DNA of 64,000 bases from Minisyncoccota bacterium (GTDB taxonomy: Bacteria > Patescibacteriota > Minisyncoccia > Phycocordibacterales > Phycocordibacteraceae): assembly GCA_017991635.1 (NCBI GenBank), contig JAGOQE010000001.1:65008-129007 (forward strand), in the 5' to 3' direction. A program made the translations under genes and the position numbers. The notes beneath the pieces are model-generated. The model saw only the letters and a list, made by a program, of their open reading frames with translations, was not told the DNA's origin and did not search any database. Position 1 is the stretch's first letter. The number at the start of each line of letters is the position of its first letter. Shown here piece by piece: positions 1-10,545 of this stretch.

Positions 1-115
1 TGTGGCAGGCACGTGCCCACGTCTTAATAACCCCAGCTTCAGCTGGTCGCTTGCCCTCAAGTTTCTTGAGAAGCTTGACGTCCACGTAGGGACCTTTCTT
101 AAGTGATCGAGACAT
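1..115 (-). CDS. rpsS: 30S ribosomal protein S19, N-terminal part (gene runs off window start)
   Basis: Reverse complement of 1-115 translates [38 protein letters not shown], the canonical S19 N-terminus; ATG (revcomp) at 113-115. Confidence 0.85.
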   Translation of the reverse strand, partial: MSRSLKKGPYVDVKLLKKLEGKRPAEAGVIKTWARACH

Positions 116-237
116 GAGAATTAAAAGCCCGCCAGAAGCGGTTAGGTAGAATCTATAGGAAAGTAGGCTCCGTGTCAAATCTTTGAGGTCGTGGTAGGGT
201 CATTTCGGAATGAGTCATGGTCATTTGGGAGGTTCCA

Positions 238-756
238 ATGAACCAGAATGAACAAAACATCGTCCAAGCTGAGTTTTTCCTGACCAAAAGCGATGAGTTG
301 AGTGACGTAGTCAAAGAAGTCTTTGAGCGGACGATTGATGGCGTTCCGGCCATTATTGTTGTGCGTTTTAGGGATGTCAGTGGCTCCGTTACTCGATTTA
401 CGAGAAAGTTATCTCTTCTGGCTGAGGCTTCGGACGAAAATACCAAACAGTTCGCATCCTCTCGTGGAATTCTGAGGAGCTACCACTTGTGGCGTTCTCG
501 GAAAATTACTCGTGAGCACAATACTCTGGAGGAGCAGCGCGCCAAGGTGGCGCGCCAAGGTTTCATACAGGCTATTGTTGCTCGAAGCGAAATCATGATT
601 GAAACTCGCCCTGAGCGGGACTTTCGTCCCATCGCTAAGAATGAAATTCACGAGACGCTTGAGGCCCTGAACAATGCCAGACATGCGTGGATATTTGTTT
701 TTCCACCGAACAAATCTTTGGATGCTGACGGTGTGAAAGTGCGCTGGTCGGCGTGA
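238..756 (+). CDS. hypothetical protein (172 aa), opposite orientation to the ribosomal operon
   Basis: ORF 217..756; GGGAGG RBS 7 nt upstream of ATG at 238; no family recognised. Confidence 0.4.
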   Translation: MNQNEQNIVQAEFFLTKSDELSDVVKEVFERTIDGVPAIIVVRFRDVSGSVTRFTRKLSLLAEASDENTKQFASSRGILRSYHLWRSRKITREHNTLEEQRAKVARQGFIQAIVARSEIMIETRPERDFRPIAKNEIHETLEALNNARHAWIFVFPPNKSLDADGVKVRWSA

Positions 757-809
757 AGTCGGGCCCTACGGAAACGTAGGGCCCGCTGTTTTAGCGCTAT
801 ACTAGAAGC

Positions 810-1580
810 ATGAACAAAGCACCCCTCTATATTCTCGCAGTTGGCATTCTCGTCGGTGCTGTTGGCGGATTAGTGTATTGGTACAAAACAAAGGCTCCTG
901 CAGTTGAAGCTCCTGTCGACACGGTTCTGGTACCAGGCGCAAAAGATGACTCAAGGACCATTTCTGAAGCAGGTCAGTATTTTAAAATTAAAGCGAGAGT
1001 CCCTGTAGAGTCCACGCTTGCTTCTACAGCAGGCACTGAAGCCTCAAATAAGGCCGTGGCGCTTATGGAAACCTCTATTGAGGCCCAAGTAGCAGAATTC
1101 AAAAAACAGGATATTTCTTGGCTTACAGACCGTCCCGAGAGCGAAAGCTATCCCCTTGAATTTGATGCGAATTACTCAATAACGGAGAACTCTCACCTTA
1201 TCTCCTATGATTTCCAGATATACCAGTTCGCTGGTGGCGCACATGGAGGAACCGTAGCGGAGACGTACACGTTTGATAAGAAAACCGGGAAGCGTGTTCA
1301 ACTCGCCGACCTATTCGTTTCAGGAAGTCCGTATCTTGAGCGAATAAGTGCGCACGCAAAAGCGCGCTTGCTTGCAACACTTGGTGAATACAAAGATGAG
1401 AAATGGATTACGGAGGGAACCACCCCAACGGAGAAGAATTTTCAGAGCTTCCTTGTCGATGGCGACAATCTCACGATTATCTTCGGACAGTACCAGGTTG
1501 GGCCGTATGTCCTTGGCATGCCTGAGATTCAAGCACCCCTCTCTACCCTCTCCGATATACTTAAGCCTGAGTATCGCTAG
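810..1580 (+). CDS. membrane-anchored DUF3298/DUF4163-like (RsiV/PdaC-like) protein
   Basis: N-terminal TM helix (LYILAVGILVGAVGGLVYWY); C-terminal FQIYQFAGGAHGGT...LTIIFGQYQVGPYVLG resembles DUF3298. Confidence 0.5.
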   Translation: MNKAPLYILAVGILVGAVGGLVYWYKTKAPAVEAPVDTVLVPGAKDDSRTISEAGQYFKIKARVPVESTLASTAGTEASNKAVALMETSIEAQVAEFKKQDISWLTDRPESESYPLEFDANYSITENSHLISYDFQIYQFAGGAHGGTVAETYTFDKKTGKRVQLADLFVSGSPYLERISAHAKARLLATLGEYKDEKWITEGTTPTEKNFQSFLVDGDNLTIIFGQYQVGPYVLGMPEIQAPLSTLSDILKPEYR

Positions 1581-1591
1581 TTAGCGCAAAC

Positions 1592-1624
1592 GAAAAACCG
1601 CCCTTTCGGGCGGTTTTTCTTTGT
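1592..1624. terminator. bidirectional rho-independent terminator
   Basis: aaaaaccgccctttcgggcggttttt hairpin with A/T runs on both sides; sits between convergent 810..1580(+) and rplB(-). Confidence 0.7.
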
Positions 1625-1632
1625 AAAAATTC

Positions 1633-2475
1633 TTAACGCTTCTTTCCAACCTTTCGGCGAGAAACAATGAAGACGTTTGAGTACTTCTTTGGAGTACGGG
1701 TCTTCTGTCCCTTTCCAGTTGGCTTACCCCACATGCTCTTAGCACGGCGGAGACCGCGTCCCTGCTTACCTTCACCACCACCGTGTGGGTGATCAACAGG
1801 GTTCATGGCAGTACCACGAACTGTTGGGCGCTTGCCCATCCAACGTGAACGTCCTGCCTTACCAATGTTTACGAGACGGCTGTTCTCGTTTCCAACTGCA
1901 CCAATAGATGCGAAACAGAGATCAGACACCTTGCGAATTTCAGTTGAAGGAAGTTTAAGCTGAGCGTAGCCTGCGTCATGCGCTACGATTTCTGCGTAGT
2001 TACCTGCAGAACGAGCGAGACGAGCACCAGCTCCGACCTTAAGCTCAACGTTGTACACGAAGGTTCCTGAAGGAATCTTGCCGAGAGGAAGACGGTTTCC
2101 AGGCTTTACTGGAGCATTGTCTCCTACGAGGAAGGTATCTCCCACCTTCACATCCTTTGGAGCGAGCACGTATCGGCGCTCACCATCGGCATACACCACA
2201 CGAGCAATAAATCCTGTTCGGTATGGATCGTACTCAATAGTTTCAACACGTGCAGGAATGTCCTTCTTGTTGTAGGTGAAGTCAACGTTACGAAGTCGGC
2301 GCTTGTGGCCACCACCCTGGTGACGAACGGTAATGCGTCCTGCATTGTTACGTCCAGCCTGACGCTTCTTGCTCTTCAAGAGAGACTTCATTGGCTTGTC
2401 GCCAGAAAGAAGCTCCTTGTATGGAAGCGTCGTCATGTGGCGTCGGCTCTTTGTTGTTGGTTTGTAGGTCTTCAT
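1633..2475 (-). CDS. rplB: 50S ribosomal protein L2
   Basis: 280 aa; MNPVDHPHGGGEGK and RGTAMNPVDHP motifs typical of L2. Confidence 0.95.
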   Translation of the reverse strand: MKTYKPTTKSRRHMTTLPYKELLSGDKPMKSLLKSKKRQAGRNNAGRITVRHQGGGHKRRLRNVDFTYNKKDIPARVETIEYDPYRTGFIARVVYADGERRYVLAPKDVKVGDTFLVGDNAPVKPGNRLPLGKIPSGTFVYNVELKVGAGARLARSAGNYAEIVAHDAGYAQLKLPSTEIRKVSDLCFASIGAVGNENSRLVNIGKAGRSRWMGKRPTVRGTAMNPVDHPHGGGEGKQGRGLRRAKSMWGKPTGKGQKTRTPKKYSNVFIVSRRKVGKKR

Positions 2476-2486
2476 ATACGTAGGGC

Positions 2487-2831
2487 TTAGGCAAAGGCAA
2501 TGGTGTCACCCTTCTTAAGGAAAACATATGCCTTGTGTCGGCGGGCACGAGTTCCCACACCGCGACGAGTCTTAAGTGCAACCTTCTTTGCAGGAAGATT
2601 CACCACGTTTACTTTCTTAGGAGTAACTCCGTAGAAAGCCTGTACTGCGTCCTTGACCTGGAACTTAGTAACCTCTGGTGGTACAGCAAATACGTAGACA
2701 CCATTCTCAGTTCCAAGAAGTGCCTTCTCAGAGAGCCATGGGTGCTTAAGAACATGCGCAACGCTGTTCTTTTCAACGGTCTTGGTTGCGACCGTTAGCT
2801 TTGTTTTCTTGTGTTTGGTGAAGATAGCCAT
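2487..2831 (-). CDS. rplW: 50S ribosomal protein L23
   Basis: 114 aa; HVLKHPWLSEKAL...VNVVNLPAKK; position between L4 and L2. Confidence 0.85.
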   Translation of the reverse strand: MAIFTKHKKTKLTVATKTVEKNSVAHVLKHPWLSEKALLGTENGVYVFAVPPEVTKFQVKDAVQAFYGVTPKKVNVVNLPAKKVALKTRRGVGTRARRHKAYVFLKKGDTIAFA

Positions 2832-2842
2832 ATGCGTCAGGG

Positions 2843-3571
2843 TTATGCGGCTTTAGCCGGAGTAGTTACGCGGGCACTCAACACCTTAAGTGAATCGGTT
2901 GGATTCTCAATGATGAGGTACTTCTTAGCAAGCAAATCCACAGGATTGAGGTTTCGAGTCTCCTCAATCATGAGGCTTCCAATGTTACGGAGTGACTTCT
3001 CAGTGTTCATGTCCTTCTTTGAAAGAAGTACGATAGCTGCGTTCTTGCGCTTAGTTGCAAGTGTGTCATTTCCTGAACCCTTTGCGATTGCAAGAAGAAC
3101 AGTCTTTGCAAGCGCTGTCTTTGGCTCCTTAAATGATAGAGAGTCAACAAAGATGATTTCTCCGTGTGCAAACTTCTTTGAAAGTACTGATGCGAGTGCA
3201 GCAGCACGTTGCTTACGGTTGATTTTAACAGCGTATACCTTCTCGGTGCGTGGACCGTGAGTTACACCTCCACCCTTCCAAATTGGTGAGCGGTTAGAAC
3301 CGTGACGAGCGCGTCCTGTTCCCTTTTGCTTCCAAGGCTTCTTACCACCTCCAGCAACTTCGCTACGGAACTTTGTGTGTGCTGTAGAAGTGCGGGCATT
3401 TGCCTGCATACCTACAACTACCTGATGTACCAAATCTGCCTTCCAAGTAGCACCGAAGACTTCTGAAGGAAGGGCGATTGAGCCTGATTCCTTGCCATCC
3501 ATAGTGAAAACCGGTGCGGAAAGTCCGTCCTTGGTGGTCTTCTTTACTACTTTTTTAGTTGCGGTTGCCAT
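2843..3571 (-). CDS. rplD: 50S ribosomal protein L4
   Basis: 242 aa; KPWKQKGTGRARHGSNRSPIWKGGGVTHGP motif. Confidence 0.9.
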   Translation of the reverse strand: MATATKKVVKKTTKDGLSAPVFTMDGKESGSIALPSEVFGATWKADLVHQVVVGMQANARTSTAHTKFRSEVAGGGKKPWKQKGTGRARHGSNRSPIWKGGGVTHGPRTEKVYAVKINRKQRAAALASVLSKKFAHGEIIFVDSLSFKEPKTALAKTVLLAIAKGSGNDTLATKRKNAAIVLLSKKDMNTEKSLRNIGSLMIEETRNLNPVDLLAKKYLIIENPTDSLKVLSARVTTPAKAA

Positions 3572-3582
3572 ACAAAAATAAA

Positions 3583-4203
3583 TTACTTGGTGGCTACTAC
3601 TTCAATAAGTCCACCGCGTGCGCCAGGAACAGCTCCTGAAACGATGATTTCGCCGCGAGAAGCGTCCACGTGAAGCACCTTGAGACCTTTTACGGTCACG
3701 CGATCTCCACCCATACGTCCAGCCATGCGAAGACCCTTCGCAACACGGCCTCCTGCGCGGCCTCCACCACCGATAGAACCAGCCTCACGCTCAGAGTGCT
3801 TCTGACCGTGTGAACGGCGTCCTCCATGGAAACCGTGACGCTTAACCACGCCAGCAAATCCCTTACCCTTTGTGGTTCCCACAACCTCGATGTCGTCACC
3901 TACAGTGAAGGTGTCGATACCAATTTCACCTCCGAGTGCGTAGGTGCTTGAGTCATCAACACGAAATTCCTTAATTACCTTGAAGCCACGCCCCTTGGTG
4001 TGTCCAAGAACTGACTTACTAATACGAGAAGGCTTCTGCTCTTCAAATCCAACCTGCACGGCACTGTATCCGTCCTTACTCTCAGGGGTTTTTACCTGAG
4101 TAACGACAAGCGGACTGGTCTTAAGGACCGTTCCAACAGCAACAACACCGTCCTCACCCCAAATCTGGGTCATGCGGTCTTTGCGAGCAAGAATGAATTT
4201 CAT
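3583..4203 (-). CDS. rplC: 50S ribosomal protein L3
   Basis: Start trimmed to MKFILARKDRMTQIW (L3-like N-terminus); the listed ORF has a 46-aa junk extension; GKGFAGVVKRHGF motif. Confidence 0.9.
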   Translation of the reverse strand: MKFILARKDRMTQIWGEDGVVAVGTVLKTSPLVVTQVKTPESKDGYSAVQVGFEEQKPSRISKSVLGHTKGRGFKVIKEFRVDDSSTYALGGEIGIDTFTVGDDIEVVGTTKGKGFAGVVKRHGFHGGRRSHGQKHSEREAGSIGGGGRAGGRVAKGLRMAGRMGGDRVTVKGLKVLHVDASRGEIIVSGAVPGARGGLIEVVATK

Positions 4204-4345
4204 AGAAAAAGTAAAAGCGCTGATTGCAACAGCGCGAGATCCACCAAACATGGATTTCGGCCATTGGTACCTAGAACTCCAGAACATCTGGTAGGTACGT
4301 AGCGATAGGGAGACTCTACCGTATAGCCATCTAAAATGCAAGAAG

Positions 4346-4376
4346 GGCCTGGAATCGCGGTGCGATTCCAGGCCCT
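4346..4376 (-). terminator. hairpin terminator after inserted ORFs
   Basis: Perfect 14-bp stem gggcctggaatcgc-ggt-gcgattccaggccc followed on the minus strand by a T-rich tract. Confidence 0.6.
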
Positions 4377-4395
4377 TTCCCTACCGAAACAGGGA

Positions 4396-4899
4396 CTAAT
4401 CGACGAAAAGGACAAGATCTCTTGAGTCAGGCTTTTTCGAGAGTGTGACGAAGGGGTTCGGGAACCTCTGGAGAAGCTCGTACACCTCTTCACGCGAGGC
4501 GAGACCAAGAGCAACGGCAATTCTAAGGCACAGCATCTCGCAGATGTGCGCCGAAGGACCAGAGACCGCAAGCAAAAACTCACCGAGCCTGACCCCTGCC
4601 GCGAATTTGTCCGCATCTTCACCTTCCCTGGCAAGGACAAGGTCCTTGTTATAGGTAAGGCGGTAGATACGCTCCAAACCTCTTCCGTATACGGAATTGG
4701 TGTTCGTGGCCGAATCTCCAAATTCGTGAGAACGCTGCACAGCACCAAAAGAGTCCGAGACAATAACCGTGCCATAGAGCGGTTGCCCATACAGAGCACT
4801 GACCACCTTCGGATGCACTTTGAACGCCTCGACTGCCTGCAACACCACTTGCGGAAGTTTGGCATGCAATTTCGACACTTCAAGAGAACTACTGTTCAT
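4396..4899 (-). CDS. hypothetical protein (167 aa), inserted between rpsJ and rplC
   Basis: ATG within catatg at 4897-4899 with AAGGGG RBS; overlaps upstream ORF by 11 nt; weak HEFGDSATN motif only. Confidence 0.4.
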   Translation of the reverse strand: MNSSSLEVSKLHAKLPQVVLQAVEAFKVHPKVVSALYGQPLYGTVIVSDSFGAVQRSHEFGDSATNTNSVYGRGLERIYRLTYNKDLVLAREGEDADKFAAGVRLGEFLLAVSGPSAHICEMLCLRIAVALGLASREEVYELLQRFPNPFVTLSKKPDSRDLVLFVD

Positions 4900-5245
4900 A
4901 TGTTTGCCCCTTGCCTGTCTTGCCAATGTACGGCGCGAGTTCGCGCCTACGAAACCATACTGCTTCACGCTGTCTTCCAAGAATTTGAGCCCTGAAAACG
5001 CAGTACTGCGCTTTTTCAGCCTCATGCTGAATTTCAGCAATAGTCATGGACGTGTTGCCTGCCGTATACTCACCCAAAAGCTTGTCGCTTTTAATGAGGT
5101 CACGTTTGATACGCAGGATTCCCCGCCCAACGATTACCAGCTTTGCGCGAAGCGCGCGGTCTTCCTTTTGAAGCGACTCTTCACTTCGCCACGAAAGCGG
5201 AATGAAGGAGTGGAAGAACCACCGATCAAGCGAAATGACACGCAT
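4889..5245 (-). CDS. hypothetical protein (118 aa)
   Basis: GGGAGGG RBS 5 nt upstream of ATG at 5245; overlaps the downstream ORF (co-translated pair). Confidence 0.4.
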   Translation of the reverse strand: MRVISLDRWFFHSFIPLSWRSEESLQKEDRALRAKLVIVGRGILRIKRDLIKSDKLLGEYTAGNTSMTIAEIQHEAEKAQYCVFRAQILGRQREAVWFRRRELAPYIGKTGKGQTYEQ

Positions 5246-5343
5246 GGTGCCCTCCCTATTTTATTGTTCCGCTCTAGACACTACGCCTTAATCACTAAAA
5301 AGCAATGTAACCACGCACCGAAACGACGCGTGGTTACCACGAA

Positions 5344-5553
5344 CTACCCATAGGTCGGAATCTTACAAAACTGACCTGTCACTCTATTTCTCCAGTAGCC
5401 ATACCTATCGATGTGATCATTCTTTCCTTTTGTATGAAACGGACGCTTAAGACTTCTCTCATACGCTTCTTGACCACCAGTAGCCTCAACAATGAGACCC
5501 TGCACCTTACGCTTCTTCTTTATGGCGTCAGGAACGAACTTTATTTCTCTCAT
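5344..5553 (-). CDS. small protein (69 aa) with weak RelE/YoeB-like motif
   Basis: GGGAGG RBS; KRPFHTKGKNDHIDRYGYWRNRV resembles YoeB [25 protein letters not shown] but lacks the C-terminal catalytic H/Y. Confidence 0.35.
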   Translation of the reverse strand: MREIKFVPDAIKKKRKVQGLIVEATGGQEAYERSLKRPFHTKGKNDHIDRYGYWRNRVTGQFCKIPTYG

Positions 5554-5599
5554 GTGAACCTCCCAAAGAGCCGACTGTGAATCCTACACTAGGATACAC

Positions 5600-5637
5600 A
5601 AAAGCAAAACCGCCCTTGCGGGCGGTTTTGCTTTTCA
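5600..5637. terminator. rho-independent terminator after rpsJ
   Basis: aaaaccgcccttgcgggcggtttt hairpin flanked by A/T runs. Confidence 0.7.
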
Positions 5638-5649
5638 AGTTCTTGCGAA

Positions 5650-6006
5650 CTAGATCATCTTCACGTCAATCGTCACTCCAGATGGAAGTGAGAGGTTCGT
5701 AAGAGCCTCAATCACTTTCGGATTTGGAGAGAGGATATCAATCAAGCGCTTATGGATACGCATTTCGAACTGCTCACGTGCGTCCTTGTGAACGAACGTT
5801 GAGCGGTTCACGGTCCAACGCTTGATTTCAGTTGGAAGCGGAACAGGGCCTACTACTTTCGCATCGAAGCGAGCTGCAGTATCCATAATCTGCTTTACTG
5901 AGACATCAAGAATCTTGTGCTCGTAGGCGCGTACACGGATACGAAGCTTTGGCTCCGCCGCCCCGTCTGCCTGAGCTCCTTTCTTCGCTTTCGTTTGAGT
6001 TGCCAT
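5650..6006 (-). CDS. rpsJ: 30S ribosomal protein S10
   Basis: 118 aa; KLRIRVRAYEHKILD...HKDAREQFEMRIHKRLIDI matches the S10 core. Confidence 0.9.
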   Translation of the reverse strand: MATQTKAKKGAQADGAAEPKLRIRVRAYEHKILDVSVKQIMDTAARFDAKVVGPVPLPTEIKRWTVNRSTFVHKDAREQFEMRIHKRLIDILSPNPKVIEALTNLSLPSGVTIDVKMI

Positions 6007-6029
6007 ACGAGTAAGAGTTAGGAGATTGC

Positions 6030-7232
6030 TTACGCAACAATCTTAGTTACCACGCCGGCACCCACAGTCTTACCACCCTCGCGGATAGCAAAACGCATCT
6101 GGTCTTCCATAGCTACAGGAGCGGTGAGCTTTACCTTGAAGGTAACAGTATCACCTGGCATAACCATTTCCTTTCCTTCTGGAAGGGTTACTTCTCCAGT
6201 AACGTCAGTTGTACGAACGTAGAACTGAGGCTTGTAACCAGTGAAGAATGGGGTGTGACGTCCACCCTCGTCCTTAGAGAGGATGTATACCTCTGCTTCG
6301 AAGTCAGTGTGAGGCTTCACAGAACCCATCTTTGCGAGAACCTGACCACGGTGCACGTCTTCCTTCTTCGTACCACGGAGAAGAATACCTGCGTTGTCGC
6401 CAGCCTGTCCCTCTGAGAGTTGCTTGTTGAACATCTCAATACCGGTAACAGTCGTCTTTGCTGTGTCCTTGATACCGACGATTTCAACTTCGTCACCTAC
6501 CTTTAGGATACCGCGCTCAATACGACCGGTTACTACCGTACCGCGACCTTCAATTGAGAAGATGTCCTCAATAGGCATGAGGAAAGGCTTCTCAACATCA
6601 CGCTCTGGCTGTGGGAAGTATGAGTCCATCGTGTCGACGAGCTCCTTCACCTTAAGTGCCCACTGGTCATCAGCTGAAGTTGCTTCAAGCGCCTTCAAAC
6701 CTGAACCCTTGATAACTGGAGTATTTGCTCCGTCAAAGCCCTGCTTGGTGAGAAGTTCACGGATTTCCTCTTCAACGAGGTCAACCATGTCTGCATCGTC
6801 TACCATGTCTACCTTGTTTAGGAAGACGATAAGACGAGGCACACCAACCTGCTTTGCAAGAAGAATGTGCTCGCGGGTCTGAGGCATAGCGCCGTCGGTC
6901 GCGGCAACTACGAGTACGGCGCCGTCCATTTGGGCAGCTCCCGTAATCATGTTCTTAATGTAGTCGGCGTGACCTGGAGCGTCGATGTGAGCGTAGTGTC
7001 GGTTTGGACTCTCGTACTCTGAGTGGTGGAGCGCAATAGTAATACCGCGCGCCTTCTCTTCAGGAGCGTTGTCAATGTTTTCAACCTTCTCAACACGAGC
7101 CTTGTAGCCTGCGCCTGAGTTAAGGCTAAGAACGTTCAAAATAGACGCCGTGAGGGTCGTCTTGCCGTGGTCAACGTGGCCAATGGTGCCTACGTTCATG
7201 TGCGGCTTGCTGCGATCAAATGCATCTGCCAT
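6030..7232 (-). CDS. tuf: elongation factor Tu
   Basis: 400 aa; [24 protein letters not shown] motifs. Confidence 0.97.
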   Translation of the reverse strand: MADAFDRSKPHMNVGTIGHVDHGKTTLTASILNVLSLNSGAGYKARVEKVENIDNAPEEKARGITIALHHSEYESPNRHYAHIDAPGHADYIKNMITGAAQMDGAVLVVAATDGAMPQTREHILLAKQVGVPRLIVFLNKVDMVDDADMVDLVEEEIRELLTKQGFDGANTPVIKGSGLKALEATSADDQWALKVKELVDTMDSYFPQPERDVEKPFLMPIEDIFSIEGRGTVVTGRIERGILKVGDEVEIVGIKDTAKTTVTGIEMFNKQLSEGQAGDNAGILLRGTKKEDVHRGQVLAKMGSVKPHTDFEAEVYILSKDEGGRHTPFFTGYKPQFYVRTTDVTGEVTLPEGKEMVMPGDTVTFKVKLTAPVAMEDQMRFAIREGGKTVGAGVVTKIVA

Positions 7233-7442
7233 ACGTTTTTAAATTACTGGTAGTTAAGCAATAACTGTTTAATGTGCTTATTCCTGCCAGCGACTGTTTA
7301 GGAAACTGGCGACCAAGGTCTAAGCGGGTACCCGCGCAGCGCCTTCTACCAGTTCCTTATAGGGGAACAGTTAAAAAGAGCGCCGTTTCGCGTTATAGGT
7401 AAGGTACCGTCTCCTGAATCAAAGGTCAAGCGGTAGTAAGGA

Positions 7443-8045
7443 CTAAGCTCCCTGAAGAACGTACTGGCAGGTCGACGTTGCGACCTGATAGCCAACAACA
7501 TACTTCATTGAAGCGCCTTGAGCGTTCACTGGGCTCAGCACCTTGAAGCTTTCTTCCTTTTCATCGATAACAACTTCAACCTTACTTGAGCGGAACTTAG
7601 GAGTTTTCCAGAACTGATAGAAATACACCCTATTTTTGTCTGCATAGTAGGCGTATTCACCCTTTCCTCCACAGCGATCAACCACATCCTGGTCAGGATA
7701 GGTCATGAAATCAGTAATTCTGTGGAACGTCTTAGCGTTAGCGCCTGGAATAGCCAGTGTCGAGGTGCTCGTTACCGACTTAAAATAGACAGCGTCATTG
7801 TCAGTATATGAGTAGGCATCGATTTCCTGTCCAGTTTCTGGAGTTACGGCCATCTCAGGCACGGTAGGCTTTTGTGTACCTTCCGTAGTAGTCTCGCCTT
7901 CAAGAAGTGCCTCCCCTTCACTCTCAAGGTTAGAAAGAGTCTCGGAGACGTCCACACGTACAAAGAACCAATATGAGAGGAAGCCGGCAATAAGAATAAT
8001 CGCCCCAACGATTCCGCCGATAAGTGCTTTTTGCTTTGTGGTCAT
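7443..8045 (-). CDS. membrane-anchored DKNYY-repeat protein, inserted between fusA and tuf
   Basis: N-terminal TM; AYYADKNRVYFYQ resembles the DKNYY repeat family. Confidence 0.5.
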   Translation of the reverse strand: MTTKQKALIGGIVGAIILIAGFLSYWFFVRVDVSETLSNLESEGEALLEGETTTEGTQKPTVPEMAVTPETGQEIDAYSYTDNDAVYFKSVTSTSTLAIPGANAKTFHRITDFMTYPDQDVVDRCGGKGEYAYYADKNRVYFYQFWKTPKFRSSKVEVVIDEKEESFKVLSPVNAQGASMKYVVGYQVATSTCQYVLQGA

Positions 8046-8058
8046 GAAGGCTAGAATA

Positions 8059-8094
8059 CCACAAAACCCGCGTCCTAGGACGCGGGTTTTGTGG
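8059..8094 (-). terminator. 17-bp perfect hairpin downstream of fusA
   Basis: ccacaaaacccgcgtcc-ta-ggacgcgggttttgtgg between the fusA stop (8115) and the next start (8045). Confidence 0.55.
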
Positions 8095-8114
8095 TATGTG
8101 CACTCACCCCCTGT

Positions 8115-10262
8115 CTATTTGCGTGATGCAATAATGTCATTTGCTACGTTTGTAGGAACCACTTCGTAGTGGTCAAACTCCATAGTCATAGAACCGCGTC
8201 CCTCTGTCATAGAACGAAGGGTTGTGGTGTAACCAAACATTTCTGAGAGAGGCACCTTAGCGTGAATTGCCTTGTTCATTCCACGCTCTTCCATACCCTC
8301 AATAGAACCGCGCTTTCCAGCGAGAGAACCATTGATGTCTCCCATGAACTGCTCTGGAACAACGACCTCAACGCTCATGATTGGCTCAAGAATGGCTGGC
8401 TTAGCTTTCTTGGCGGCCTCAACGAATGCCATAGACGCAGCGATCTTAAAGGCGATTTCTGATGAGTCCACATCGTGGAAGGAACCATCGTAGAGATCGA
8501 TAGACACGTCCACCATTGGGAAGCCGGCCAACGTACCGCGTGCCATAGACTCGCGGAATCCCTTTTCAATAGGATTGATGTACTCACCTGGAATGGCACC
8601 TCCCTTGATGTTGTTGATGAACTCGAAGTGCGCTTCGCGGGTAACGTTCTTTGGAAGTTTTGCCTCTGGGTCAATTTCCTCAAGACGCTTCATCTTAATC
8701 TTCACGTGTCCGTACTGACCCTTACCTCCTGACTGCTTGATGTACTTACCTTCAGCGTCAGATGAGCCAAGAATGGTCTCGCGGTATGCCACCTGTGGCT
8801 TACCAACGTTTGCCGTCACGTTAAACTCGCGCTTCATACGGTCCACAAGAATCTCAAGGTGAAGTTCACCCATACCAGAGATGATAGTCTCCATGGTCTC
8901 GTCGTCCGTGGTCACACGGAAGGTTGGATCCTCATCTGAAAGTTTCTTAAGAGCGATACCCATCTTCTCCTGGTCAGCCTTAGTAGCTGGCTCAATGCGA
9001 AGCGATACCACTGGCTCAGGGAACTTAATAGACTCAAGAATAATTGGATTAGCTTCGTCACAAAGCGTGTGAGCAGTCTTGGTGTCCTTGAGTCCCACCA
9101 TCGCAGCGATTTCTCCTGTGAACACCTGCTCCACCTCTTCGCGCTTATCAGCCTGAAGACGAACGATACGTCCAACACGCTCCTTCGTGCCAGTGTTTGC
9201 GTTGTATACGTATGAACCTGCAGTTACAGAACCAGCGTATACACGGAAGAAGGTAAGCGCTCCCACGAATGGGTCGGTCTGAAGTTTGAAAGCTAGCGCA
9301 GTAAATGGCTCGCTATCAAGTCCCTGTCGAGTAACCTCTTCACCAGTCTTTGGATTGATTCCCTTCACTTCAGGAATATCGAGTGGAGATGGAAGGTAGT
9401 CCACCACAGCATCAAGTACGAGCTGAACGCCCTTGTTCTTAAGAGCTGAACCGGTGTACACAGGGAAGATTTCGTTTGCAATAACGGCCTTGCGAAGTGT
9501 TGCTTTCAGCTCTTCAAGTGAAGGCTCATTTCCTTCAAAGAAGGCAGTCATCATCGCATCATCGTGCTCCACAATACGCTCAAGAAGCTCGCCACGGTAG
9601 AGTTTTGCATCCTCGAGCATGTTTGCTGGAATGTCTCCTTCATGTACCTCGTCTCCCATCTTTCCTGAGAAGGTGTATGCCTTCATGGTGAGTAGGTCTA
9701 CAACACCCTCAAAGTCACCTTCTGCGCCAATAGGAAGTTGCATGCGAACGGCCTTCTTTGAAAGACGATCAAGAATTGACTTGTATGAGTTCTCAAATGA
9801 AGCACCTGTTCGGTCGAGCTTGTTGATGAAACATACGCGAGGTACGTTCGCCTCGTCAGCGTAGCGCCAGTTAGTCTCTGACTGAGGCTCCACACCAGCA
9901 ACACCATCAAACACCACAACAGCGCCGTCCAAGACACGCATTGAGCGCTTCACCTCGGCTGTGAAGTCAATGTGTCCTGGAGTGTCGATAACGTTGAAAC
10001 GGTACTTCTTGGAAGGATCCTTCTTGTCTGGCTCATTAGTGCGAGTCCAGAAACAGGTAATAGCCGCCGCAGTAATGGTGATACCGCGTTCGCGCTCCTG
10101 CTCCATCCAGTCAGTAGTGGTCTCACCTTCGTGAACCTCACCAATTTTGTGTTGAGAACCAGTGTAATAAAGCACGCGCTCTGAGGTCGTTGTCTTACCA
10201 GCGTCCACGTGAGCCACGATGCCGAAGTTGCGCACTTTTTCTAGGGGATAGTCGCGTTGCAT
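8115..10262 (-). CDS. fusA: elongation factor G
   Basis: 715 aa; [23 protein letters not shown] motifs. Confidence 0.97.
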   Translation of the reverse strand: MQRDYPLEKVRNFGIVAHVDAGKTTTSERVLYYTGSQHKIGEVHEGETTTDWMEQERERGITITAAAITCFWTRTNEPDKKDPSKKYRFNVIDTPGHIDFTAEVKRSMRVLDGAVVVFDGVAGVEPQSETNWRYADEANVPRVCFINKLDRTGASFENSYKSILDRLSKKAVRMQLPIGAEGDFEGVVDLLTMKAYTFSGKMGDEVHEGDIPANMLEDAKLYRGELLERIVEHDDAMMTAFFEGNEPSLEELKATLRKAVIANEIFPVYTGSALKNKGVQLVLDAVVDYLPSPLDIPEVKGINPKTGEEVTRQGLDSEPFTALAFKLQTDPFVGALTFFRVYAGSVTAGSYVYNANTGTKERVGRIVRLQADKREEVEQVFTGEIAAMVGLKDTKTAHTLCDEANPIILESIKFPEPVVSLRIEPATKADQEKMGIALKKLSDEDPTFRVTTDDETMETIISGMGELHLEILVDRMKREFNVTANVGKPQVAYRETILGSSDAEGKYIKQSGGKGQYGHVKIKMKRLEEIDPEAKLPKNVTREAHFEFINNIKGGAIPGEYINPIEKGFRESMARGTLAGFPMVDVSIDLYDGSFHDVDSSEIAFKIAASMAFVEAAKKAKPAILEPIMSVEVVVPEQFMGDINGSLAGKRGSIEGMEERGMNKAIHAKVPLSEMFGYTTTLRSMTEGRGSMTMEFDHYEVVPTNVANDIIASRK

Positions 10263-10509
10263 ATATAAGGTAAATAAATAAAAAGCCGCCGAGGCGTTAT
10301 GTACAAGATACGAAATAAGGGGACAAAAAGCAAACAGGGCTTTTGTGCACCGTTTATGAAAATTGACTCATTGATTCAGCAAAGACGGCGACTAATTTGA
10401 AAATGTTAAGCGAGAGGGCAAAAACACTAATTTCAATGAGAATAAGAGCGAGACCAAACCATGTTGGAATGCGTTTCATACGGAAAATAGTAGCACGGAG
10501 AAGCAGTGA

Positions 10510-10539
10510 GGGCGCGAATCAGCTAGCTGATTCGCGCCC
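10510..10539 (-). terminator. 30-bp perfect palindrome, putative terminator of the NlpC/P60 gene
   Basis: gggcgcgaatcagct|agctgattcgcgccc located 7 nt downstream of the stop at 10546. Confidence 0.45.
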
Positions 10540-10545
10540 TCTTGC

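Noticed and set aside
4396-5040. Single 214-aa ORF 4396..5040, or a frameshifted fusion with 4889..5245
   Set aside because: The ORF start is TTG and overlaps the upstream ORF by 150 nt. An internal ATG at 4899 has a good RBS and gives a normal 11-nt overlap, so two intact genes are more parsimonious. Its HEFGDSATN motif matches the Fic/Doc HxFx(D/E)GNGR too poorly to call.
7261-7442. Possible tRNA genes upstream of tuf (common tRNA-tufB arrangement)
   Set aside because: No cloverleaf could be folded. The region contains only the gcgggtacccgc palindrome and the ggtctaagcggg 12-mer.
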